DNA of 64,000 nt from Dendrobates tinctorius (Eukaryota), in assembly GCF_039654945.1 (NCBI RefSeq), contig NW_027361939.1:10416001-10480000 (forward strand), written 5' to 3'. This document shows positions 34,192 to 47,654 of the stretch, piece by piece (within the stretch, counting starts at the first letter, position 1; each line of letters opens with the position of its first letter). Both the position numbers and the translations under genes were made by a program. Below the pieces are notes generated by a model. It searched no databases, was not told the origin of the DNA, and saw only the letters and a list, made by a program, of their open reading frames with translations.

Positions 34192-35803
34192 CAGTACAGA
34201 GCAAAAGTTTGGACACACCTTCTCATTCAAAGAGTTTTCTTTATTTCCATGACTATGAGAAGTGTAGATTCACTCTGAAGGCATCAAAACTGTGAAAATG
34301 TGGAAATATATAATTAACAAAAAAGTGTGAAACAACTGAAAATATGTCTTATATTCTAGGTTCTTCAAAGTAGCCACCTTTTGTTTTGATTACTGCTTTG
34401 CACACTCTTGGCATTCTCTTGATGAGCTTCAAGAGATAGTCACCGGAAATGGTCTTCCAACAGTCTTGAAGGAGTTCCCAGAGATGCTTAGCACTTGTTG
34501 ACCCTTTTGCCTTCGCTCTGTGGTCCAGCTCACCCCAAACCTATTGGGTTCAGGTCTGGTGACTGTGGGGGCCAGGTCATCTGGCGGAGCACCCCATCAC
34601 TCTCCTTCTTGGTCAAATAGCCCTTACACAGCCTGGAGGTGTGTTTGGGGTCATTGTCCTGTTGAAAAATAAACGATGGTCCAACTAAACGCAAACCGGA
34701 TGGAATAGCATGCCGCTGCAAGATGCTGTGGTAGCAATGCTGGTTTAGTATGCCTTCAATTTTGAATAAATCCCAAACAGTGTCACCAGCAAAGCACCCC
34801 CACACCATCACACCTCCTCCTCCATGCTTCACGGTGGGAACCAGGCATGTAGAGTCCATCCGTTCACCTTTTCTGCGTCGCACAAAGACACGGTGGTTGG
34901 AACCAAAGATATCAAATTTGGACTCATCAGACCAAAGCACAGATTCCCACTGGTCTAATGTCCATTCCTTGTGTTCTTTAGCCCAAACAAGTCTCTTCTG
35001 CTTGTTGCCTGTGCTTAGCAGTGGTTTCCTAGCAGCTATTTTACCATGAAGGCCTGCTGCACAAAGTCTTCTCTTAACAGTTGTTGTAGAGATGTGTCGG
35101 CTGCTAGAACTCTGTGTGGCATTGACCTGGTCTCTAATCTGAACTGCTGTTAACCTGCGATTTCTGAGGCTGGTGACTCAGATGAACTTATCCTCCACAG
35201 CAGAGGTGACTCTTGGTCTTCCTTTCCTGGGGCGGTCCTCATGTGAGCCAGTTTCTTTGTAGCACTTGATGGTTTTTGCCACTGCACTTGGGGACACTTT
35301 CAAAGTTTTCCCAATTTTTCGGACTGACTGACCTTCAGTTCTTAAAGTAATGATGGCCACTCGTTTTTCTTTACTTAGCTGCTTTTTTTCTTGCCATAAT
35401 ACAAATTCTAACAGTCTATTCAGTAGGACTATCAGCTGTGTATCCACCAGACTTCTGCACAACACAACTGATGGTCCCAACCCCATTTATAAGGAAAGAA
35501 ATCCCACTTATTTAACCTGACAGGGCACACCTGTGAAGTGAAAACCATTTCCGGTGACTACCTCTTGAAGCTCATCAAGAGAATGCCAAGAGTATGCAAA
35601 GCAAAAATCAAAGCAAAAGGTGGCTACTTTGAAGAACCTAGTATATAAGACATACAGTATTTTCAGTTGTTTCACACTTTTTTTTTATTAATTATATAAT
35701 TCCACATGTGTGTTAATTCATAGTTTTGATACCTTCAGAGTGAATCCACAATTTTCATAGTCATGAAAATAAAGAAAACTCTTTGAATGAGAAGGTGTGT
35801 CCA
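34192..35803 (-). mobile_element. Tc1/mariner transposon with long TIRs and a frameshifted DD34E transposase (right tip lies in the gap)
   Basis: TA+CAGTACAGAGCAAAAGTTTGGACACACC; inverted copy runs into the Ns; KKQLSKEKRVAII..GRPR, WSDESKF, QQDNDPKH, WPPQSPDLNPI. Confidence 0.92.
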
Positions 35804-35944
35804 NNNNNNNNNNNNNNNNNNNNNNNNNNNNNNNNNNNNNNNNNNNNNNNNNNNNNNNNNNNNNNNNNNNNNNNNNNNNNNNNNNNNNNNNNNNNNNNNN
35901 NNNNNNNNNNNNNNNNNNNNNNNNNNNNNNNNNNNNNNNNNNNN
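35804..35944. other. Assembly gap (141 N)
   Basis: Run of N. Confidence 0.99.
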
Positions 35945-38900
35945 AAGACAAAGCCTAGATCCTCAGGCTACATTCACACCTTGGGCGTAGCCACGATCAA
36001 ACCTGGGGGGGGGGGGCAGAACATCATACTGTTCCGCAGAATCTCATACTGCACACCTAAGCTGCTGCACAACCTCATACTGCACACCCCTACACTTGAA
36101 AATAAAGCCTGCACCTTAAGAAGATGTGGTGGTGATGAATGCAGTCTATTTATTCCAACTATCAATTGATGTTGATGTGTTCTGAAGACAAGCAATGCCT
36201 GTCCTGGATGTCCTTTTGGGGAGCTATGAGCTGTACCTGACTGGTGATAAAAAAAAAAAGGAGTATTAGTCTGTGTGCTACCCGGCTTTCATTCTTTTTG
36301 GTACAGATATGATATCGATAGACAGATATGGATAAATGGATATATAGATAGAGCAGATTTCTAATCTGCTTTTGCTATTGAAAACATTATCTATGAGCTC
36401 AAAAACCTTTCAGGTGATGCAGTTTTTTAAAAAGCTGATCTGCTTTTACAACTGAAAAACGTATCCTCATAAAACACAGGAAAAACGCTGTGTGAATGTA
36501 GCCTTAGATCAGGAATAGAACAGCCATTTATAGGACATTTCATAACTTTCCCAAATTTCTATGAAAAAATATTCAGCACATTCTGCATTGAACTACTGTA
36601 CCCAATTTATTATATATTGTTGGAGTTGGTCCATTTTATACCGACTCCACCAAAATGAGCACGACTCCGACTCCACAGCCCTGCCAATTACGCCCCAGAT
36701 GTTGTTGATCGGAAACAAGTCCAGGTACGGTGTAGGCCACAGTAGCACGTTTAGGATATGCAGGCCGCTCACAGTAGCCAGAGCAACATGCGGCCTCACG
36801 TTGATGTGTTAGGCCAATTTGGAGAAATAGATGAACCATTAGTTCCACGACCAAATCAACGTAACACAACTACTAGTGTATCCGGAATACAGACTAGAGT
36901 GGTCTAGCTGCCGTACATTTTACCACCCAATGACTTAATCTTAGGAGGCAGACCAGTGTGACAGTACCTCATGAAGGCCTTTTCTTAGAATGGCCTATGT
37001 GGCTTCCAGACCAGTCTCTGGATACTATTGCATCCAAGATAAAAGTAGGACTCATTCAATAGACCTCAATTCCAGCCTCTGTTCTCCATCTGGAGACCAC
37101 ATGGGCAATACCATGAAAAGGCTTTTCTTGAGGAGTGTCCCAAAAGTCCTAATCCCGGGATTATGGTGTGGGGTGGCATAATGTACAGTAGTCAGACCCC
37201 TCTAGTCTTTATTCCAGGTACACTATCCGCTCGGCCGTACATTAATTTGGTTGTGGAACCAGTGGTACGGTCAATTCTCCAAAGTATCTCTGCAGACAAT
37301 TTTTCAACACGGCAAGAGAGGTTTTGAAAATTTTGATTGCAAATTGCTAATATTTGCATGTCATTAACACGTCTATCAATCTTGTGATTTCCATAATTCC
37401 ACCACTTCTTCTTAGTTTGCAATTTCCGTGCTGAATAGTGTCTAATCGTTTTGTTTCAGTGGAGATATGCCGCAATCCAAGGTGTCTAGCATTTGTTTTA
37501 TCTTCTCACGCTACAAATATCGTCTTCCAACCTTAGTGCGCATATGGGGGGGGATTTGCGACTGACTGCCGAAATTACAGAAAGAGGAGACAGAGGATGA
37601 TGGAACATGATAGGGGTGGAGTTTGCAATCAGGAAATGTAGGTATGAAGCATAAACTGATGATCTAAATAGTGGCATAGCGTGGGGGGCCATAGAAGAGG
37701 TTGCACTGGGTGCCAAAGTTTATAGTAGTGAAAAATTCCCCCCCTCACCTAGTGTGCCAGCCCCATTGTCATAAGATCTGCCCATAAAAGCACCGTTTCT
37801 TGTAGTGGTGCAGCGAGTAACTGCTCGGTGCTTTTTACGCAGAGTGCAGCAGTCAAGATGACCTTCTTATTGGCTGTTGCACTCTGTATAGGCAGCGACA
37901 GGAATGACGTAGCTCAGTGCAATGAAGTAAGCTTTGTCATCTTGGTCGCGGCTTATGCAGAGCCCAGCAGCCTGTGCCAAACTCATCTCGACTGCTGCGC
38001 TCTGCATATACAGCGACCATGATGAATGACGACTAGCAGCTAATGAATGAAGCTGGAACTGAATCATGTGCACTGCAAATGATGCAATACTGTCTTCATT
38101 CATTACTAAGAGCTGCTGCTTTTATGGTTTTTTTGCACATTTTCTAGACCTAACTAGATATAGGGCCAGGGATTAGTTTACGGTTAGGGCTAATGCTAAG
38201 GTAATAAAATATATACCCTAACTTTTTATTTTATAAAAAAGCAAGAAAAAAAAATAGTAGGTCAAAGTGCAAATTACATTTTCAAATTACAATATATGTG
38301 CTTGGGGAATAAGTATTTCAATAACAGACTGGTGAAAGGAATTCAGGGAGCGCTAAATATTTTCCTTGCCCCGGGTGCTGGCACAATCCAAACTACGACA
38401 CTGGATCTGTACAGTCATACTGCGCAGTCTAAAAAGCAAAAGCACCTTTCCGTACACAGGGGCAGTGACGGCCTTTTTGATACTCTGCCCCGCAGGGTTT
38501 TTAGACAAAAATGCAAAACGACAAAGTAGTATCAGATTTTTTTTTTATTATTTTCCTATAAAAAAACCCCAAAAAACAAACACACAGAGCATTCTGAACG
38601 AAATGAATATATATATAAAAAATCAATAGCATTTGTAATCATTTAACAGATCTGTATGGGAAATTTCCTCCAAACCCAGAAACTTTAAAGTGAAAAACAC
38701 CGACGTAATACTCATCGATAATTGTGTGGAGTCAATTTTTGCCTTAGAAAACATCACAAGTATAAGCTAAATCTAAAATCGAAGCCAAATCTACATAAAA
38801 GACATTCTGTAACATACAAATGTGCCTACAAAGTGTTCATACCAAAAACATGTGGTAATTCCCAATGGGAGATTTTCTTCTGTATGCACCCTGTATTTCA

Positions 38901-41900
38901 CGGTGTACCCCCTATTCAAGTATGCGGAAGGTGCCGTCAACGAAAAGCTCTACTCAACGGATGTAAGCTGGGTAACCAATGAAAAGGTCTGAGTATAAGA
39001 GCATCACACCCTCCAAAAGCAAAAAATACACTAGTAAATGTAAGTACCTCTGTCCATTCAACCTGTGTATACAAAATATTGTAATTCTCAGGATATATCC
39101 CTGCCCGGAATGTTTTTATGATCACTATGGGGCCTTTGAAATGGCACAAAATTTTACGGCAGTGTGGAGTTGCACAAAAAATTTGTAAAATTTGCAATTT
39201 TCACGCCAGTGAAGCAGTTCTGCAAAAATGTTTGGAGTTTGGGAGGAGTTGGGGAGTCACCACCCATCAATTTAATTAAAAATGCCATTGTATGCTAGCA
39301 AAACCTTCATTAAAACGAGTGTGCGTAAGACCAGTCTTAATCGGCCCCTGTATCTCGATGAAAATATTCCCACGTGCTCGATAGAGTAGGAAAATTAGGT
39401 GCCAGCCCCTATCTACATAACTGGTTAAGACTCTGTGCACATCTCAGTTGAATAAAACTATCTTGCTAGTGCCATCTATTGGAGGTAGCTACTCTCGAAG
39501 TTAATGTCCGGCTGCTTTACGAGCCTTGTGCCATGCCTAAGGATATTAGCCAAGCCAGACATCCATCTACAGACAGCTGTTTGGGGGTGCTTGCCCCTCA
39601 GGGTATTGTAGCGCAACGTCATTCAGAAATCTAAGAAGGCTGGCTGACTTGTAAGGCCTTATTCACACATCCAATTTTTCCACATATGAGAAAAACGGAT
39701 CAATTATTCCTTAGATCAGAGTGTGGTCTGAGTGTCGTCCGATTTTCCCCATACGTGGAGAGATTAAAAATAATACATTTCTCCATCTTTTAAATTCTGA
39801 TAGTCCCTCAAAATCAGACTGCAATAGGACAAATTGACTTACATAGCCGATTTTGATTCGACCCTCAGATCGAAATTGGACATGACTGCAAGTTTCCGTG
39901 GTTTTACTGTCACGAACATGTCAATGACGCTATAAACTATCACAAATAATGAGCGCTGTCCATGAAAACCACGAATAGCACTCGTACGTGAAAATCGTAC
40001 ATGTGAAAGAGGCCCAAGTCTAGGTTCCATTAATACAGGGTTCAACTGAGCACTACATCAGGGTTTCTGGCACAAAAAACTCTGAAAAACAGTATTCAGA
40101 CGGTAACCCCGACAGTTGCTGAGAACACCATCTGGCCTCCAACCTGGCAGAATTCAATGTTTTTCAGAATTACACAAAATCCATGGTGCAACAAAGGCAT
40201 GTCTGATAAAGATGAATACTGCCAGGACAGAGGCCTGACCGCATCCACACTGACTCTGTAGTCTTCATTCAAGTGAATGACTCCGTTAGGAGTTCCGGTT
40301 GGGATATAGCTTTTTGGGATTCCGATAGAAACCTGGACATCGGGCTCAGCGGATAGCACTTTGTTAACGTGACCCTAAGATGGTGGGTACTACAGATAAA
40401 ATGAAGGGACTTACATTTACTACTGAATCCACAAATGTATGGATATATACCCACATGCGTGATTAATGGGGGGAGATGCTCGCTAGAAGAAAAGCGATGC
40501 TGTGTCAGAATAAATTAAGAGGGGAATAGTCACGTACACCGTAGGCCAGAAGTCATTATTAGAAAGGAGCTGAAGATTATCCATATCAATGTGCAAAGCT
40601 ATACAAGGCATAACCCGGCCTTATAATCAGGGACAATAGCCTCATCAATATACCAGTGTGGACTGATATCACAATCACCGACACCAACAGTGAATAGAAA
40701 ATCACCCGGAATAGGAAAAACACAAACCAAGGCTACAGTCAAGCAGTGAGAAGATAACCCGTCCCTACTGGGGCCACCGATCCCTCTCAGGAAAATCAGC
40801 CTGGAGAGGTGCAATTATTTGAAACCCCTAAAACAAAATTTGGTGGTGGGGGAGTGGTTGTCAGTTCATCGCTCCCCTCCCCACCAATATTTTATTATTT
40901 TTCTATTAATGTGACAGATTATCTTTCAATTCTCAAGGGGACAGAATATATATATGCCATAATATACATCAGGGATCATAAAACATTATTGCTTTTTTTT
41001 TTCTTTTTTTTACATTTTCCCCCTAAAATTACAAGTTCCTCTCATTCTCTAAAATTTTGTTCAGCAATGCAATTTTATTCATTTACTTTATACCATTAAT
41101 AGTGAATCTAAATGGGTCCAACTATTCTGTTCCTTATACATCAGTGATTAGAGGTCTGTGTTTCTGGTAGGGAGCTCCAATTCCCCCACACAGACGTAGG
41201 GTTATGATAAAGGATACAATTCTGTCCACTAGGGGAGGGTGGTGTTTAGTTGCGTATACCATGAACGTAAAGCCTAACCCTATAGAACTAAAATATGCAG
41301 AAAGCTCCCCCTAGTGGCAGCTACAGGCAGGGAGAATTTTATCATTTAAGAGGGGTTGTCAGCTCAGCTAAAAAGGAGCAATGTTTGTGTTGGCATCATA
41401 GAAGAAACCGACCTATCAGACTCTATTATTAATTTTGACTCTGATTCCATTTCTGCCCGACAGTCGTGAGACCGGAAAAATCTCGTGATCTTGGCTTCAG
41501 TTTTCCTCGTCCCCCATATAATAAACATCATTAGCGATGCACACTGTATCTGCGTAGCAAGCAGGAGACATGTAATCTTCACGACGGGTGTGGCATTTGT
41601 TACATTGCTGAAAGGACTCGGGGGCAGCATGGAGGAGGAATCAAGTGATCGGCAGTGCAACCAAAATTAAAAATAAAATACAATGGGCAAATTTCTTCTA
41701 TGATTCTTAGGAAGCAATGTTTTATGTGTTTTTTTTTTTAGCTGACCGGAATACCCCTTTAACTTTATGTCTATGCCAATAATTTGGAGACAGATAAACA
41801 GAGAGCTCGTTCCATTAGATATTTGAAGAAAAAAAAAATAAATTTGCATAAAATTTTGACTCTAAAACAACATGGAAGTTAATAAAGTTGTCATTAAAAT

Positions 41901-44785
41901 ATGAACTTCCATGAAAGGAAATTTGCCACTCAGGAGCTAAAAAAGGGATAAGTCACAAACCCTGTATTGTGAGCTGTAATGGCCGCCATATTGGGAGACG
42001 GACAGAAACTAAGAGGCTTTGGAGAAGATTACAACTCCCGGACTTCTATTTAAAGGGGTCGTCCAGTGAAAACAAACTAGAGATGAGCGAACACGGACTG
42101 TAAAAAGAGACAGAGAGAAGTTAGGGTCACCATTGACTCAAGATCGGGTACTGTTCTGGTACCCGAACCGAACTTTGGACTAAAGTTAGGTCGAACTTTG
42201 GACTAAAGTTAGGTCGAACTTGACGAACCCAAACTTCCAAGGGTCCGCTCAGCCTTAGTTATAACGTATCTGCAGGATAGGTGATAACTTATCTGTGGGG
42301 GTCCGACCAAAGGGACCTTCACTGATCAGCAGATGGGTCGCTTTTATCCAAAATGAAAACCCCCAATACAAAATGGTGCGACAACCGACCGCAGCTCAGC
42401 AGTCCCATAGGGAAGGAATGGAGCAGTGGTCGAGCATAAGCCCTGACGCTCCGTCCTTAAAGGGTTAAAAGTGACCCTTTCTCCCGACCAGTGAAGGCCT
42501 CAGCAGTTGAACAGACACCTAACTTATTTCACCAGTCAACCCCTTTAATGATATTTATTCCATCCAAATAATGTAGATGTATAGGCAGCAATAAAAACAA
42601 TTAAATGCAATGGAATATATATATATTTTTGTTAAATGACCACTTTTTCCTCAAAAAATGTATCTGTCGCCATGTCGGCTGTAGGGAAGCAATGAAAAAT
42701 AATTCCATTTTGTACTCTTTAAATATGTAAATTCTCTAAAACTTCTGGGGTACTCGCTTAAATAATATTATATAACGCTCTGGTCATTATGTTTTGTTTT
42801 TTTTTGCCAAGTGCCTGCCTGGTAAATGCCTCTTGTGTCGCTTGGAAACCAGAAGAAAATATATATATATTTAGACTCAATTAAAAAGACTATATACACC
42901 AAAGGTATATAAATATCAGCCATGCGCTAAATTGTGTGTACCGCTCTCTCCCACAGGAGGCGGCCATTTTGTGGGTCGAGGAATACAGTCAAGTAGTGAC
43001 CCATAAAGAAGACTACGACCACAAAATGGCTGCCTGCGTGTGTACTGTAGGGACGGGCACACTTAAAGTCATGGAAGTAAAGAAAGAAAGAAAATTAGAA
43101 TAATAAAACACAAAAGGGCAGATTTATAAAACTGACTCAAAGAAAAACAGCTTCTGTTACCCATAGCAATCAATCGTAGCTCAGCTTTGATTTTTCCAGA
43201 GCAGATTTCAAAATAAAAGCTGCACTGGGATTGGTTGCTATGGGTAATAAAAACAGAGGTTTCTTTTTAAAGTAGTTTCATAACAATCCCGCGTTGTCAA
43301 AACACACTCAAATGTCACAACTGTGTTCAAAGGACAAAGAGTCTGGTCTCTTCTCCCAACCATTCCTCCTCTTCATACAACAGAACTGTAACGGAATATC
43401 GGGACCCATCGAGACCGCTGTTCCCCCAGCCGCTCAAAAGATCCCAGAGCAAGCCTTGCTTTGGTACGCAGGTTAAAGGCAAAATCCATCTAGAATATGA
43501 ACTGGCGTGATTTCATTAAAGGGATTGTCCAGTGAGAATCAGCTTCCACCTATATGCAGGATAGGTGATAACTTACAGAAAGGTTAAGTGCCGACGGGAC
43601 ATTTTTATCCCTGTTACAATATGGAGCAGCAGGTTGGATGCCCGAGAGCTACTCCCATTCTTTCTCTCAGTCGAATAAAGTGGAGTGTAACGCTCAGCAG
43701 CCCCACAGAGGAAAGGGGTAGCTGTCGAGTATTCACTGCTGTCTCCATTCTATCGGGGGGTAAAAGCGAACCCTTCTGCCGATCAGGGCAGGTCCTAGTG
43801 GTCAGAATCCCACCGATCAGTAAGTGACCACCGATTAAATCTTGTTTTCCCCAGACAATCCCTTTCAACAACATTTTCCCTATTATGCACATGTCACACT
43901 CACAAGGGTCCAGGAAGCTGAAATGTCTGGAGTTATTTGGGCAACCGATATAGATTTGCAGAAGAAAAGCTGCAGTACCAGGGACAGCCATGTGTAGTGC
44001 TATAGCTTTTCATTTTGCCGTGGAGATCAGACCTCTCTGATCACTTGTGGCAGAAGCTTTTTAATATCTAAAGTTGCCCATACACCTTCACTTGTGAGCA
44101 ATTTCTTCTGCCCCCCAAAAAAAACACAAGCATGCTCAGCCCATGTACATGTTTTAAATGAGGAGAGGGCCATAGATGTTGGTTTGTCTACCTTAAAACC
44201 AAAAACATTGGACACTGAAATTCAACATGTCCCTCGACATCATCGGAAGGGTGATATCTTCACATAAGATAATCGGCCAGTGCTACCAAAATCTGCTTTT
44301 GTGTGTTTTGGCACCTTTAGATCCCAGACCCTTTTAAGTATGACATGAGGAGAATACCGCCAAAGCCTGAATTTTCCACTCTAGGGTGGAGTTAGCCTTT
44401 GTTGTCCTCATAAATCGACAGGAAATCTCTAGCTTACGACTGTAAGCATTGCAGAATGCCCACATTGTGCCTGTGATGCAGTGCAGCAGCCAACGTCACC
44501 CCGCGAGAGGTCGGAAGTGAAACCTGTATGGAGGCAGACATCGAGGGTGAAGCGGGTATAAACAGGGAAAGCATACTGGGTGTTGTGAACAATCACAAAA
44601 ACAGAACAGCAAAGGATGCAGATGTGAGCTCTGTGGGTGACTAAGCTGCGGGAGGGTACGGGAGAAGCCAGTTTCCATACACATATGCCATTTTGGCCAA
44701 AATGTCCTCCTGTGGACTAACGCAGCAAGTTCTCCATCTGTTGCAGGGAGACAGTCTTATGGTTGATGCCGGTCTTCTCCCCAGG

Positions 44786-45090
44786 TTATGGCGTGTAAGC
44801 TGGTGGTGGTTGGAAAGGATTCATGACGTCGTACTCGGCAGGGTAAGAGTCAGCTTCCATCTCTGACAGCAACTCCAAAGCCTGCTCTTCTTCTTCTGAT
44901 GGATAATGGCGTAGGAGGTTGGCAGCGGTGGCGAGGATGGATGCCCCACCTGCCCCGGCCACCAGGTAGAAACTGACAGCAAAGGTGACGTAGACCTGGG
45001 AGCCGTGATATTGTTTGTGTTGCTGCTGGAGTGCCAGTATGAGCTCCGAGGCCCAGTAACAAAAACCAATAACCGTGGCACATTGCAAAA
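44786..45090 (-). CDS. TMEM127: Transmembrane protein 127, last coding exon
   Basis: [19 protein letters not shown]...[19 protein letters not shown]; CAG acceptor at 45093-91; TAA stop at 44788-86. Confidence 0.97.
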
Positions 45091-45628
45091 CTGCAAAAAA
45101 CGGAAATCAAGGAGGGAGACAGAACACACAAAGAAATGGGTTAAACTCTGAAAATCGTGCAAGAAAAAAAAAAACAACTGTTAATTTTCTAATAAGGATA
45201 TTAGCCCATAGGAACATACGGTATATACCTCATATACGTCAGTCTAACAAAGATGTCTGGAATTGAGTTAGGCAAATGTAAAAAAAAAAAATTGGTGGAT
45301 TTGACAATAAGTAAAAGTCGGAGAACGCAATCGCCGCCTGTTCTGAGCAGATGCAACGTTGCGTTTCTTCTGTTCAAAGATTTGTCCTAAAATTTACAGG
45401 GCACCCCAACTCCATGATCACGAGAAGACGCCGATCACATGAGAATATGACCCGGACAAGTGCAATCCGAGAAAAAAGGGATTGCACTCGGACCGGTGTT
45501 ATTTAATGAGGCCGTGCCCAGATCTGCAGATTTTTCTCTCAGGAGTATTCGGCACGAGAACTTACATGGCATGCTGCGATTTCACCCGAAATCAGATGGG
45601 TGCGAGAAAAAAAAAATCAGATGCCATA

Positions 45629-46097
45629 GGCCTGTTTCACACTTCCGTTTTTGACCATCAGTCAAAATCTGCCGTTTTTGCAAAAAAACGGATCTGCCAT
45701 TTTTTTTGGCGGATCCTTTTTTTCCCCATTGATTTGCATTACCGGCAGATCTTGACGGATGACCATCCGTTGGATCCGTTTTTTTTTGCGGATCCGTCAA
45801 ATTTTTTGCGTCCACCGAGATGCCTGGACGGACCATACAACGGTTTTTGTGCTGCAGGATCCGCATTTTTATAGTGCGCATGCCCGGAGGAATTTTAACC
45901 CTGAAATCATTTCTGGCGGACAGAAAAAATTCTCTCTCTCTCTCTCTGGGCAGCGGTTCCTTTAAAATTATTCATTCGGCGGATCCATAAAAAAAACGGT
46001 CCGGTGGCATCCGTTCACATCAGTTAGCAACGGATCCGCTTTCCGCCATTTTGGTGGACTTTAACTGATACAAAAAAACTGATGTGTGAAACAGGCC
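45629..46097. mobile_element. Harbinger-type MITE nested in an older MITE
   Basis: TIR GGCCTGTTTCACAC / GTGTGAAACAGGCC; internal CGGATCCG repeats; ATA/TTA flanks. Confidence 0.75.
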
Positions 46098-47229
46098 TTA
46101 AGGGGCATCAGTGTGGCATCTGGTGTTATAGATGCATTACAATTCTGTTGCATAGGAAACTGTGAATGGCTGCGTAAAAGAATAACAACTGCAGGGTAAA
46201 AAAAAAAAGCATTGCAGATGGAGGACGAGTGAGATAAATCTGGATGAAAATCAGACCGATTTTCTATACGCTCGTGTGACTCCAGTCTAACAAGGCCGCT
46301 TTTTCAGCAAATTAAAAAACTGGCAAGAACAGAAAAAAGTTAATGAGAGCCTTCACTCTGAGACTGAAAAGTCACCATGAGCTTCTCATGGATGATCACC
46401 CTACCTGGAGCCCTCTGTTTGCCTCCTCCTGCTTCCACAATGACATGGGAAGTGCAGTGGTAAGTCTAAACCACAGCCATCCCATAGCACAGGAAAGGGG
46501 GGTGCAGTTTAGACTTTCCACCGCGCTCCTCATGACATGGCAAAATTAACAGAATGCCATTCTTAGCGGAGGAGGTAAACTGACGGCATCACCTACGATG
46601 ACTACATGAGACACTTCTCAGCTCCAGGGTGAAGGGTCAGGTTTTTGGTGCTCAGCTGTAAGCTCATTATTACATGTAGATCAATATTTAAAGAGAATGC
46701 AGCCATAATCTCTCCTGTTGTATATGTAGTCCAATTTGTGCAGAGCACGGTATAGAGGAGGAGATGACGAGCAGAATGATGTACAGGTTTGTGGGAAAAG
46801 ATTTAGTATAACTTGTACTTTAATTCATTGATATCCTCCATCAGAAAAGCTACTCCAGTCAGGGACTGAGGTAGGATTTCTGGCATAACAAACGCCATCA
46901 CTTTTACTGAATTTGACAGGCGTGTGTAGCCATGCCCCGTCCCGACTCATCTGTGGCTCTGCCCATTTTTGAGAAGCTGCTTTAAACTAGTGTAAAAACA
47001 CCAAAAGTTGCCAAATTTTTGTGTAACTCCGCGTTATTGAAAAAGTTTTGCGACTTTTCGACGCGTTTTAAAGCTTGGGCGACAGACTCCTTTTGGGACC
47101 CTTGTCCACATTAACGGGACGGCTTTACTGATCCGGTTTCATTTTCAGACAGTGTGAACTTTAACTAACCAGTCTTAAGATGCAGCGCACCTTTAGAAAA
47201 TTATCTGTCTTTACTGTAATTATAGGTTG

Positions 47230-47654
47230 CAATATAGAAAAAGCGGACGGCACCGCTGTTACCATATGCCGGCGGGTGGTATGCGTCAGGTAGCATGCAG
47301 TCGTCTGGAACTCCTGGGTGCTTGACCTCGCAGCAATCAATTCTTTGAATCCATGTAGAGGAAAAGGTCGCACTCAACGGGATGAAGTAAATCTCTTTTT
47401 TATTGACACATACAATTACATGTCAGGTCAGAATTAAAGTGGCATGAGTGCTACGGGCTGACAACGGCCGTTTCGCGCTGTTCTAGCGCTTCCACGGGTC
47501 CCGTGGAAGCGCTAGAACAGCGAGAAACGGCCGTTGTCAGCCCGTAGCACTCATGCCACTTTAATTCTGACCTGACATGTAATTGTATGTGTCAATAAAA
47601 AAGAGATTTACTTCATCCCGTCGAGTGCGACCTTTTCCTCTACATGGATTCAAA
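47230..47654. mobile_element. Penelope-like insertion: pLTR plus inverted partial copy, 14-bp TSD
   Basis: TSD GTAATTATAGGTTG at 47216-29 and 47655-68; palindrome 47343-47655 centred on 47499; each arm has a hammerhead-like motif then AATAAA. Confidence 0.75.

Larger units (their letters stand above)
30913..36683. mobile_element. Non-autonomous hAT-type element with nested L2, Tc1 and MITE
   Basis: 17-bp TIR CAGGGCTGTGGAGTCGG / CCGACTCCACAGCCCTG; 8-bp TSD CCAATTAC at 30905-12 and 36684-91; subterminal GACTCC repeats. Confidence 0.88.
30684..37440 (-). mobile_element. Old Tc1-like remnant split by the hAT insertion (pieces ~30684-30912 and 36684-~37440)
   Basis: LLWPTPYLDLFPINNIWGVIG on the right continues as VIGLQLQKELP on the left, a degenerate WPxxSPDLxPIExxW motif; outer boundaries approximate. 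Confidence 0.6.

Noticed and set aside
38145-38200. Telomere-like TTAGGG variants
   Set aside because: Only scattered imperfect units, not an array.
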